DNA from: Anthoceros angustus | Lineage: Eukaryota; Plantae; Anthocerotophyta | DNA: 64,000 nucleotides | Direction: 5' to 3' | Assembly: GCA_010909165.1 (NCBI GenBank) | Contig: MU008154.1 | Coordinates: 1,043,478-1,107,477 of the forward strand | Part shown: positions 23,904 through 35,649 of the stretch, in pieces | How positions within the stretch are numbered: the stretch's first letter is position 1 | Layout of the letters: each line of letters starts with the position of its first letter | Notes under the pieces: generated by a model | Told to the model about the DNA's origin: nothing | Databases searched by the model: none | The model's input: only the letters and a program-made list of their open reading frames with translations | Program-made: the position numbers and the translations under genes

Positions 23904-26900
23904 TCATAAACTACAAGTTCGTATCCGCTCAAGTTCTTCCTCATCGAAAGTGTCGACTTCAACCAAAGCCCTCGAGTCCTCGTTCCCATCATGTCTTCAT
24001 CATTACCATACGCAAGCGTTCTCGAGTGTTTGTTGGCCTCCAACAAATCGCCATCTGCTCTTATTCCGGGCACTCAAAGAAACCACTTGTGCTTTCAAGG
24101 AGTCCTTCTGATGCAAACCTCCTTTGCCCAGGCGTGCAAGTCCTCTCCGGTGGGCTTCAAAATTCAACTCCTCAAGCGCATCTGGGAGCACCTCAAATCC
24201 ATGAATTCTTTGTGAAATATAACCGCACATCTCAAGTCGGCCTCGATGGCGATACAACTCCTTCACGCAAATACGCGCCAATACTTGTGCGCTCCCGAGC
24301 ATGCATCCGAACCCAATCTCCCTCTTTGGAGAAGGTTGTAATAAGTCTCGTCATCAACCCTAGTGGTCTCGGTAAGGACCACCAACTTGTCATGTGACAT
24401 GTAAACTGTTTTTGACAAGCGTTGAGCAATGACAGACCTTCCATTGTTGAATGTTCCATGCATAGCATTTGGTAGCATTGCAATTCATCCTTTGTGCTCC
24501 CATCCTTGAGACCCCATCCGATAGTTATGTATTCCAGTCTCAAATCCACCCCTGTCATTGTTCATGTTTGTCTTGTCCCACGAGCGACACCAAGCCCCTT
24601 TCACCTCCACTTTCGCATTGATTCTCTAGCATATGTGCCTCCTCCACTCCATGCATCACAATCATCCTCGGTTCATCGCTAGTGGTCTTCTCGGAAAGCT
24701 TTGGAAGATGAATCCATCATTGCTTATCCACCCTCTTGTCCATAGGTCCAATGTTAAAACCTCGGGGCACATCCATGACGAAGTGTGTCGCCTTGCCAGA
24801 AAACCACGCATATCTTGTACATCACGACTTTCGATTTGGTATTGTACGGCTCTCTGTTGATGGGCCTGAAAACCTCAAGACCTTCCTCCGTGTCCTTGTC
24901 TGCGTTGCTCGTCTTCAAGCCCTTTCCAATTGTTTATCTCGAAAATAAAATCTGGAAGTCACTGGGAGTTTTGTCGACACCGATGTCTTTGCTGCCGACG
25001 CTCGTTAGTCATTAGGGGCGCGGCCGGCCGGCGCCTCATTTTCGCGTTGGATTGAAGGGCTGGCGGCGCTACCCTATATCTAAGTGAGGCGGGCAGCACC
25101 AAGTCATCAAACATATGCGAGGACGGGCGGTGCGGCGCCGGCCGGCGCCAGCATCGATCCCGGTCCTGTTCAATATGACGAAAAAAAAACTGCGGACATA
25201 CCTTTAGAAGCTTTGGAATCGTGCTAGCATATTGTCCGTAGAATGTAAAGGATACTCCTCGCGCACCTCTTCAAATGACGTGAGATGCTTCACCATTGCT
25301 ACTTGTATGATATGAAATTTTTCCAGCAGTGATCTCTTCCTCCATCCCCTTGATCTATCCACTAACACCTTCTCGGTGGCGCTTATCGATTTCCGGCCAC
25401 ACTCTCCAACCGGTATTCCACGAAAAGATTTCCGGGGCTTGGCCAACATGTCTCTGCAGCGTACACACTATCAACTGCTTGGTCATCCGTGCTTGCTTGC
25501 CTTTCCCTTTCTTGCTTGTCCTCAGAACGTGTTTCTTCTGCTCGAAGCTCTCGCTTCCCATTTGGAAAAAATCTTGTCCACATTCCACACCTTCCATCAC
25601 CTTGCTTAGCAATACACGAATGTGGGTCCGATTGTCCACTTTGTATTGCACACGCCGTCGTCCTCCGCCCTTCATCGTCTTCAATCAAACCTAGGACTTT
25701 ACAGTTGTATTTCGGGACATGGTCATTTGCACTTCTTCCCTCTTTGCGATGATCAACTCGTCCCTTAAATACGACTTGCTCTATAAAGTTCATCTTCTTT
25801 CTTCGGACATCATATTGTGATCGTTGCAAGCACCGCATCTCATGCAGTAAGCCCACAATACACATGTGCTTCAACATATTGGAACCGCTTCTTCCGGGTG
25901 AGATATCCGATAAGTGCTTCATAGCTGCGTAGGTGTGGTTACCACCAAGAACTCCCATGACATACTTCTTTGCACGCCATTGCTTCCATCCGGCTTGCTC
26001 GGATCGGACACTCGCTCGGATCAATCATACACAAAAGGCGAACTCCCTCCTCTATCCGCCTTCGCTATAACACGGGCAAGATAGTTTGCCCAAGCCTCAT
26101 CAACCCTCCGGATCTGCGTCGGGTAATGTCACGGTCTCAAGTTCTCCAACTTCACTAACACTGCTGCACCACCTTCTTGAGTATGCAATCCCTTAAGCGA
26201 GTCAATGGATGCATCCCTCAGCCTCTTCCAACCTTTCCTCGTCGGTTTGAATATGAGTGGTTATGTCCCTCCTATGGCATCTTCTCTTCCACCCTTCTTT
26301 GCCTTTTGGTTTTCCTTCCCAATTCTCCGTCCCACTGTGTGCGTGCTTTCCTTCCCTTGCTGCCACTCGAGGTACACTGATCGTTGGGGCATGAAGGTTG
26401 AGGAGGCCGGCCGGCGCCCTCCTCTTCGGCTCCATACCCACATCCCCGCATCCGCCATGTCCTTTTCTCCGGGGACCGAACCCTGCGACCCGGTGCCATC
26501 TTCTCTTGCCTGTGGTGGGAGGATTCGAGGCCGGCGGCCGGCGCCCAAACCACCACCTTCTTGAATCTTATAAACCGGTCCGGATCGCGTTGGCGGCTCT
26601 TGGGAACGAAGATGACTAGGGGCGCCGGCGCACCGCATCCGGGTCATATTGCATGGTGGGAACCATAACGGAAGGAGTCGGAGTTTGAAGATTGGGAAGG
26701 TCCTCGGCATCTGTCCGATTCACGTGCCCCGGATCCTTGACGAATGATCGCTTGACCAAGCGGTAAAGCCCCATCTTCCTCGTCGATGGGCCAAGCTCAC
26801 TCTCCTCATGATCTTCTTCCATACCTTCCACCACATCACCGTTCTGTATGGAGGCTTGGGCTCGGCGCATAGACATTTCCCTCTTGTGGGCCCTCATAGT

Positions 26901-27704
26901 TTGTGTAATCTTTTCGAGATAGCTCGTATGAGTGCCCTCGCAACTAGTGGTGCACGGAAGATGGTAGGAAAACATATCCACAATGTCGGACTCTCACATG
27001 TGAAGAGCTGCGAAGGAATGCGATTGGGCAATACTACATCTCTGTCGCATGGAATCGCGGAAATCTTCAACAAGGCCACGAGGTGCACACTTCTTCCAGT
27101 GAAACCCTTTCGTGCTAAGAACAAGAGACTTGTATACGCGGATCGAAACTTCCTCATCTTGGTATGCCTTTGTGGTGCACAAAAGTGAACTCGCTCCCTT
27201 CATTGAAGTCCAAAGTAGCCCAAACAACCCACCGCTCTTGCTCTCGATTTTGGCGAGCCCCCTATATGATCCACAACTTCAACAAAGGGGTCCATGGCGC
27301 ATTGCGGTGAGGTCATGGATCACAAGCATCCAGTCCTTCTCCACAACCACAACATTGTCGAGCTGCCCGGATACCGCTGATATGGATCTCCTCATATTAT
27401 AAGGTGGAGATCGGAATAGGTTGTTTCGCTCTTACCAACCTTCTTCGTCCCTTGCTCTCCAACCTTTGTGGGATTTTGGCGGAGGATCGCTGCCGATTTT
27501 GCTTGAAGAATCTCCTTTGTTGGAGCATGGCGGATGGCAAGATGTCTCCAGCGACTGGATGGGTGCCTCCGCGATGTCCGCCGTGGGCGCGGGTGCTGCT
27601 CTCGCCTTAGAGCCTCCTCTGGCCTTCTTGGGCTTCTGCCGCATGGCGGGCAGGTCATAGTCCTCCAAAGGCTGGTCCTTCTTGCTCCTCCTGCCGCTTG
27701 CCAT
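23904..27704 (-). pseudogene. Decayed ParB-like domain plus beta-class N6A/N4C DNA-methyltransferase-like fusion gene
   Basis: ParB-like: QIRRVDEAWANYLARVI (from 26116) and YVMGVLGGNHTYAA (GGNHT at 25946-25932). MTase motifs in beta order: HFVMDVPRG (24773), WDKTN (24580), LEYITIGW (about 24534), RPLGLMTRLITTFSKEGDWV-DACSG (24369-24293), RSCIAIEAD (24262). Possible intron at about 25200-24945. Linkage to the upstream MASGRRSKK ATG (27704) is uncertain. Confidence 0.7.
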
Positions 27705-28816
27705 CTTCAATCTCTGCAATTCAAGGCAACCCCACTCCGTAATCACAAAGAGATGCACAAACACCCCTGGTGACCGCTAACTCACCTCTCGAAGATCGCC
27801 TGCCTCTCAAGAGCTTGGCGCCTTTATCGCTTGCGAGCTTGCTCGGCAAAGTTGCGCTCAACTGAGCTTGCGGCGGTCTAGGCGGCGGGCGGCGGTGTGG
27901 CCTCACTCCGCATCACGGCGATCACGGCGGTGGTGGTGCGCTCGGCAGCGCAGCGGCATCCACGGTGAGGTGTTGCGCTCGAAATCGGCGTGAACTCAGG
28001 GTGCAAACGGTAGCCCTTAAGTTCAGAAAAGAGGAGGCCTTAACGAGAACTGAAGCTAAGCGACGTGTAAAAGTAGGGTTTTCTTCCATAACCCCAAATG
28101 GTTTTCATAACCGTGTTTCTCTAAAATAACCCGCTACCTTAAACTCAATTTTGACCAGAGCTTACTATTTTAGACTGTCGGCCCGCCGCCATCAACTTTT
28201 CCGCCAGGTGGCTGCTGCAATTATGCTTGGATTTTCCGTTACAATCCTGCACCCGCGTCAACCACTTCATTGTCCGCACTTATTTGAGGCAATCCCATCA
28301 ACCTCTTAGGCGGTGGCACCTCGGGGATGCGAGGGCCGTCCACGCCATATAGCAAAGCCGGGGAGGGAGGCTTGATGTCACTAGCCACTACGGTGCTCTG
28401 CCGTCTTGTGCTTTCCTTCCTTGCGCATTCGATAAGTGCGTGCGATGTTGCATTTGCGCGCTGCGGAGATGAGGTTGGTCTTGTTTCGCCATTGTCTTTT
28501 CCGCATACCATTCATGATACATTATGCAACTTGTGCAACGACCATGCACGGCGCAGGAGGTTCAAGTGGAGGACCCGGGCCCTCGCAATTCCAAAGAAAT
28601 GGAGACATGGTCCGCGGGAGGAAGAGGCTCGCTATCTTGACGCTCCTCCAAGTTCACATATTCGGTGCAATACCCACGAGTCCTCCACATGAAGGTTTGT
28701 TGTGGTTACCACTTTTCCCACTTTTGGAAGGCGGTCGGTAGCTTGTTAAGTCTGTGTTCGCACCGCCCATGTAGGCTCTACAGGCGTCGACACTTGGCGT
28801 CACCAAACATGCCGGG

Positions 28817-30644
28817 GTGTGCCTCACACCCGCGAATTTGCATCTATCTGTGACCATTGAGGGAGCCCATCTACACGCCTCCCGGATCCGAATTGAGTCC
28901 TCATCCCTCAAGCTGCGTGAGAATGGACCACTGTTGCAGGGATTGTTTGATGGTGGTCACGGTGAAGACCTCCCACGGCGAGCACGAACCCTCAGGGATG
29001 AAGATGAAGGCGACCACTTCCGGACACACTGCCGCGTCGGTCGTTCCATCCCAAGCCGGGTGAGGCGAGCTGCGTCAAGCGAGCAAAGCATTGCACCTCA
29101 GCGGAGCCGCGGTGTCACATTGAAGAAAAGTGAAGGAGAGGTAGTGACGGTTCGAAAACCATGTTGCAATCAAATGTGCTTGCGGTGACAAAGAAAAGTT
29201 TCGAGCAGAGGTACCGATTCCTAAGGATGGGCGGGGCGAGCAAGAGACATTTCTAGAGTCCTTGGTTCAAGAGAGGGGATGTGAAAGGGGTAAAAGTATG
29301 CACACACATTTTGGGGTCCATTCCGATCTGCGCTTGAAGGCATTTAGAAGAGTATATTGCATAGGGCTATGAGATGAGGCGAAGAGCGAATCATTTGAAT
29401 GCCCGTGGGATGGTTTGAGCTAACCCCAAACCACAGTCTTCTTATGCCGGGGGCGATATCACGGATGGATAAGACATTTCTAATGATGGCGGGTGCCGAC
29501 GTGGAGGTCTTCAACCTTCCGACACATACACAAGGTTGGAAATATGGAGTATGTACGGTGACGCACGAAACCTCTGGGATCCTCTATGTGAAATATCCAT
29601 GGTTCTTGAAGTTATGGAAAAGCAACTTCCCAAGAGTGAAAATACCAAAATCCAACGGGTTTTCCACGTGCTCACTCTGCAGTCTGAAGAGCACAATTAG
29701 GAACACATCCACAAATCCGATCAAGGTAATTGTTACCACTTCGGCGGGCTGGTTGACATGCATGGGAACTTATGACAATGGTTTTCTTGAGTGGGGAATG
29801 GTTGTTTTGAACTCGAGGCTTTATGGGCAAGATCCCTATAACCGGGTCTTGAGATCTTTGTATGATGGGATGGGTGCGGCCGACCGTCGTCCACATATGC
29901 AAAACCCTTGGGATGAAACCACGAGGCCGGTGTACATGTGGTGGGGGCCGCGGCGGCTGATGGAGGCCAAGAACCCTATGGTGCCGTTAAGAGCCCCAGA
30001 GATGGGCGCGGCCGGCGCCCACCTCAGTGCTCTTGGGCACCATAAAATTCCGTCGGCGAGGATACCAATCCAACGCCCACATGGCGAAGGACCATCGGGT
30101 CACCCTACAATTTATACATGTGGTGGGCGCGGCGCTCCTGTCAAAAGCCGATGGCATGGATTGTGGTTGCTCGTGTACGCCAGCGACAATTATTTCGCTA
30201 GGGGCCGGAACATGAAGGTTCTTCCTCCGTTGATTTGGGGCGGGGCGTCGCCCGAGGCGGTTCTTGTCGAGCATAGGAGGGTCCTTCATATCTAATCGAT
30301 GTCTCTTCAAATGTACAGCAGTGTGTATGTTTTACGAAGCAGAAAAATATCAAGCGGCTTTAGATGCCCATCGTTTGCGGTTACATCGGGAGGCGGTGAA
30401 GATGGCGAAACACGAGCAAGAGTTATGTAGAACCACATATGTACCTTCTACTTTCAATCGATGGAATGGACCAAAAGAAGGCGGAGATTCCCCATCTACT
30501 TGATGGCCAAAGAACTTGGATGAGGTCGTATTCGAGTTCATGTGGTTGGGTGCATGATCCACAATTACACGTTTAAGGCAAGAGCTTACTTGCATTATGC
30601 GAACTTATGGAATGATGCCAATCTCACGATTACCATCATCCGTG
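28817..30644 (+). mobile_element. Sola-like (DUF7869-type) DDE transposase, N-terminal half, decayed
   Basis: KPCCNQMCL; YPWFLKLWKSNFPRVKIPKSNGFSTCSLC; SIDGMDQKKAEIPH (30457); RVHVVGCMIH...DANLTITII, ending exactly at the CACTA TIR. Confidence 0.8.
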
Positions 30645-31449
30645 CACTACAAGAAACATGGTGTCCATGTTATGGTGTTTTATACCGTGATCTGGGTTTT
30701 TAACGTTTATGCCGGTTTTGTAATACATGGGCCGTGCCCTTGGATCTCATATAAAACCTCAGAATATGAAGGTCGTGGATAACAAAATTTGTTACACACT
30801 TTGGGCCCGGCTTGTAGTATCGAGTCAGTTCGGTCGCCTTTGTCGAGTTTGTGGCCTTCCGCCCACGCATTACCATCGGGTTTTCAAACTTTACACGCTG
30901 GCCCGACATCCCTCTCCGCCCCGAATCATTCCACCAAGGCAGACGCTGGTCCTTTCGGTGTGTACGCTCATGTCCCTGGGCCACACGCTACCGGACATGT
31001 GGCATGTACATCATCCACGGCCCCATGTACGCCTCTCGAACTCGCCGATATACGTCCGATCGATTTCTACAGATGCCTCATGTCCAAGGCTATTTGATAC
31101 ATACGCCGTGCATAATGGGTATGCTATACGTGAAGTCGTTATTTCGGGTCAAAATCAATACACCTGTGGGTTACACCCATCGCTAAGCACATGTCTATGT
31201 CATTTCATGGGTTTTGTAGTTTCGCGGCTCGACATCTAATTATACTCGGCGGCGATTTGATCGCCGCATCATGACACTTTTGCGGCCTTTGGCTTTTTTC
31301 GTGAATTCCGCCGTGCTCCTTTCCGCTTTGTGCCTTCCATCGCTTCTCTTCGCGGATGGCGTGCCTCCACATTGCCGACGCCCATGACCGGCCAGCTCGC
31401 ATGAGAAGAAACATTAGTGCGTAACTAATGTGCAGCCCAAACCTCATGA

Positions 31450-33500
31450 GTCCATCAAGCCTCACCTCGGATTTCGCGCCTCCTTCCCTTCGACGCCGAG
31501 GCCTTTGTCTTCACCGCCGCCGCCTCGCTATCTCGCCTTCTACCGCCAAGACGTGGCCACCTATCGCCGCTTCGTCGCCGAGAACGAGTATACACTCTCG
31601 AAATCGCGTGTCTCGACGCCGATGCCCCTCCACCTAGTGACTGGGCATATGTGTGAGATGCCGCTTTTTCCATTCTCGCCTGCTGTCTTCATCCCCATGC
31701 GCACCTGCCCTTCCCCTCTTCTCGCATACTCTTCTCCGCCCCTCGCCCTCCCAAAGACCTGCCCTCGGAATTTGTGTCCTCGATGTGTCATCCCCATCCG
31801 GCTCTTCCCCACCGTCTTCATCCTCATCTCAAGCACCAACATCCGAATCGAATTAATTCACACTTACACGAATTGCGCTTGGCCTCAAGGGTTTTGGCAT
31901 CGCGTTGAGCCCTTATTATGACCCGATCTTCGGAAAGTCTCCATGTGTGGTTCTCCCGCTCATCACATCCCACATCATGCAGCCGGAGTGCACCAAATTC
32001 GCATTCTTCCGGGTTGGGGCTCTCCCATACTTTTCTTGGAACTTGAACTCCCCGGCCCACACGCCCCATGGGTTTGGCCCTTGTCCATTGGATTTCTCCA
32101 ATCTCGCCTTTCTTGCAAGCGATGCCTTGACGGCAAAAGTTCCGTGTTGTCGAGTTCAACTCGTGCCCATGTGACAATATCCTCCACACCTTTTCATCCG
32201 CTGGAGGTTTCAAAGTGCGCTTTTTTTTCCCTACTCTCTCCGCTAAGGCGTATGCCTTTCCGCCTCCACATCTTTGTTCCGCTCGTCTTGACTAAACTCC
32301 GACCTAATCATGGACTTCACCAGAGATCGGGAACTGGAAGCCACTTCACCGCAGTTCCTTCCTCCTTGCGCGACAAGTCGCCCATTTGCCCGGATCTCTC
32401 TCGCTTTGCTGGATGAACCATGAACTTCTTGTGCCGTGGCACACCGAGGCCACCAAATGTCAATGGTGGCGGCCCGGGCGTCGCCACATTCCCTTCCTCT
32501 TGCCCGCCACTTGTTAGCTCCAGCAGTTGGTCTGGACCCACCGCAATCCCCTTCCGTAGTATTGCTCCGACCAGCTCCTTGTTGTCCATGTCGTCACACA
32601 CCGCTGGCCCCATGAACATATGGTGCCTCCGCCTGACTGACCGCACTGCAAATTCCCCGCCCACACTTTGCAGTGCGGGCAAGCGAGCCACGGGCACTAC
32701 CGTGCCATTACACTCGGCATCTTGTGAATCTGGAACCTCGTCCGGGACATTTTCCGTGCCAGGTCCTCCCAACATCCATGTCCTCTCGTGACGCATCCGG
32801 ATCCCATATGGCATTTCCATGTGCTCCCAATGTCCACCCTTCGAAATTGCGTCAACCATATCATGCAGCCGCTTTGCAAGACGCCGATGCTTCCTTCGAC
32901 AGCAAATCAAGACTAAGGTACAGAGCTACCGCCAAAGCTTTAGTATCAAGCGGACATCATGAACATGTTCAAACTAACTGTCCAAGAAGGTATAGGCACT
33001 CAAACCATGTCTTCGTCGAGTTCTCCGAACCGGCGAGGAATTGCCGGACTCACGAATGCCGGGTCTGCCGATGTGCAAGGCATTTCGTGCGTTAGGATAA
33101 AGCGCAAGATGGGAAGGCAACAGAACGAGATGGCAAACCGCGGAATGGCGCAGACAGTTGTAGCCTCTTTCAAACCCGTCGCCTCCGCCGTGCCGCCGGA
33201 CAAAAGACCACCCGCTTGACTCACCCGCCCGCGCCATGTGACCGAAATCACCAGCAAAGGGAAACTTGTTCCCTTCGACTCCATCTCGACATGGCGGCCG
33301 AAACCGCCAGACTCCTCCCTTGCCCACCGACACGATGTTTTCAATTGATGGAATTGAATAGTTTTGACACAATTTATTGCCGCACATCCTTACATGCAGG
33401 CGAGAAAACCGATGGACTACACACCGATCGATCGTTATAATCGGACTACGCCCGTTTCCATTCCTCGTATCCCATGCCACCCGTTCTCATTCCAATTGCA
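31450..33500 (-). pseudogene. Probable CACTA second ORF (TnpA/Transposase_24-like), decayed
   Basis: KFQEKYGRAPTR and DIVTWARVEL...GQTHGACGP fragments at about 31950-32250, downstream of TnpD on the same strand. Weak motif match. Confidence 0.4.
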
Positions 33501-35649
33501 TGGCCGACGATAGGGTGACAAGTGTTACACGCTTCCTTTACTCCTCTTCGTTACATAACCGGCTTTGCAACGCGTGCTGTGGAAGGCAAGTTTCATACAT
33601 GAATCTCATCGCTCACAATGCAATCGCAACAAAGCCATCGCCAAACACGCTTCATCGGCTTGCCCTTTCCATCTAAGAAAGGGCGTGTGATATTCATTCC
33701 AAAGATTTCCTACTTCTTCCTCACATGAGGGCTGGTTACCAAGTACCGTGTCTCTATTCCAAAGAGAGGCGGTCTGCATACCCGAGCTCCCCGCAATCGG
33801 AACAAGATTCTAATGACGCCATCCTCCGCCCATATGTGCACACATTCGCAAGAATCGAATCACGAACCGCCTCAAGTTCCTCCGTGTTATCCGGCATCTC
33901 TTTGTATTTTCGGATGGCGTGTTGTCCGATGGCCGCGTGGGCCGATGCCTTCTCCTTCAAATTCACCTCCGTGACTCACGGACCTTCATCCGCTCGCCTC
34001 CACGATAATGTCCTAGGTATGGATGTGTGCGGGTTCGCATCCTCCTCGACGCCCCCTTGAACGCGCCACTTTTGGTGTCCGTTTCACCATACCAGCGATC
34101 ATCGCAGAAAAGAGATGACTCTGCTCGCATCTCCATCCATAGGCCCTCACCATTTATAGGCCGGTCGTCCTTGGGTGTCGGGCATAATGCGAGCATTGTC
34201 CACGTTTAATTCGGATATTAATATATACCATTCTCCAAGGTCAAATTTATGCGGCATCGCTATTTTGCCAAGGATCATGTCGTTCCTGCCTACATATGTC
34301 ACATGTCGTTCCTGCGGCTCCTACATATGTCACATGACCACATGTCCGTATGTGGAAAATGTCCATATTTTCCATACATGCGCCAAGATTTATAGGCCGC
34401 CCTTGGGTGTCGGAATAATTATTATATTTGTATTAATACATTATTGAATGTATTAATACATTCGTTTATGTCATCCTGCTCCATTATCCAAGGATAATTC
34501 ATCCGTCCTCCCAACCTCTTGTCTATATATGTCACATTAGCTTCATGTGTGTATGTGGTGTCCATACATCCATATGCTCAGTCCTTGGGTGGCGGAATCA
34601 AGTACCGATCCGTGGGTTTTTCGATGTTTTGCTACACACCATTATCGGGTATATATCCTCCGGCATCCCATCTTCTCTATACATGGCACATGACCTTCAT
34701 TGCAGATGTGGTACATGTCCATGTGTTCCATACATCACCCTCACCATTCACTTGTTTTCGCAGACACCTACATGCTTGTCGTGCAATGGGTCGTTGCGGC
34801 GCGCGTGAACAAAATCTTCACCTTTACCGCTAACTTGATTGTGCGTGCAGCGCGTGCCGGCTCGTCTGCAGGCGCCGTGATGCGGCGCATTTCTATAATT
34901 CATCGATGGTTAGCCATTCCTCGGGGCCATTGTTCCAAATCTGCGGCTGCGCCCGCGGCAAGCCAGGCCGTGTGGTGACGACCTCTTCACTTTCATGCGT
35001 TCCGTCCTTCCGCGCCCGACCTTCCCGCCACCACCGTTTTGTGCACTTGCGCATCGGTGGAAAGTGTCTCAAGAATGGCCGCCGACCATGACGGCAATAG
35101 GGATCCTTTTCACGGAGATGGAGAGCATCATCCGCTGCACTGGTCGGCTCGGGCGCCTCGCCGCCTGCCCGCCTCGCGCCAAAGAATCGCGAAGAAGGAG
35201 CTCCACCGGGTTGCCGCTACTGAGTCCGACGCAGATGCCTTGGATGCGCGCGCGGGCAGAGGTAGGAGGTGTTTACTTGAAATCACAGGTGGATGGACTT
35301 GGTGCCGGCTCTCGATGTTTGGGCTTGGTTCGTGGATGAGCGCCAAACTTGGTGGGTCCTTCTTAAAGTGGAGAGACGCGGACAAAGCCCGCCATAAATG
35401 ACCCGAGGTCGCCACCTTCGCATATCGGATAGTTTTTGGAAAAGAAGACGATGGCATAGAGCGTAATTGTTGTTGACTTCGAACATCCGACATCTCGAAT
35501 AGTGCGAATATTATCCGCATCTCTTGTTATTAGCCTAAAGGCGAATTGAGCTTGTAAGCCGTCCATACATGCGGGTAGTAGAGGGTTTCGTAGTTAGGGT
35601 TTCAATGGATCGCTTCACTTCCTATCCGAAGCCGCCCACGCTGTCCATC

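Noticed and set aside
24263-24478. ETTRVDDETYYNLLQRGRLG resembling a PIF1/Helitron helicase motif
   Set aside because: No Walker A/B or other helicase motifs nearby. The overlapping frame gives a much better, ordered set of MTase motifs.
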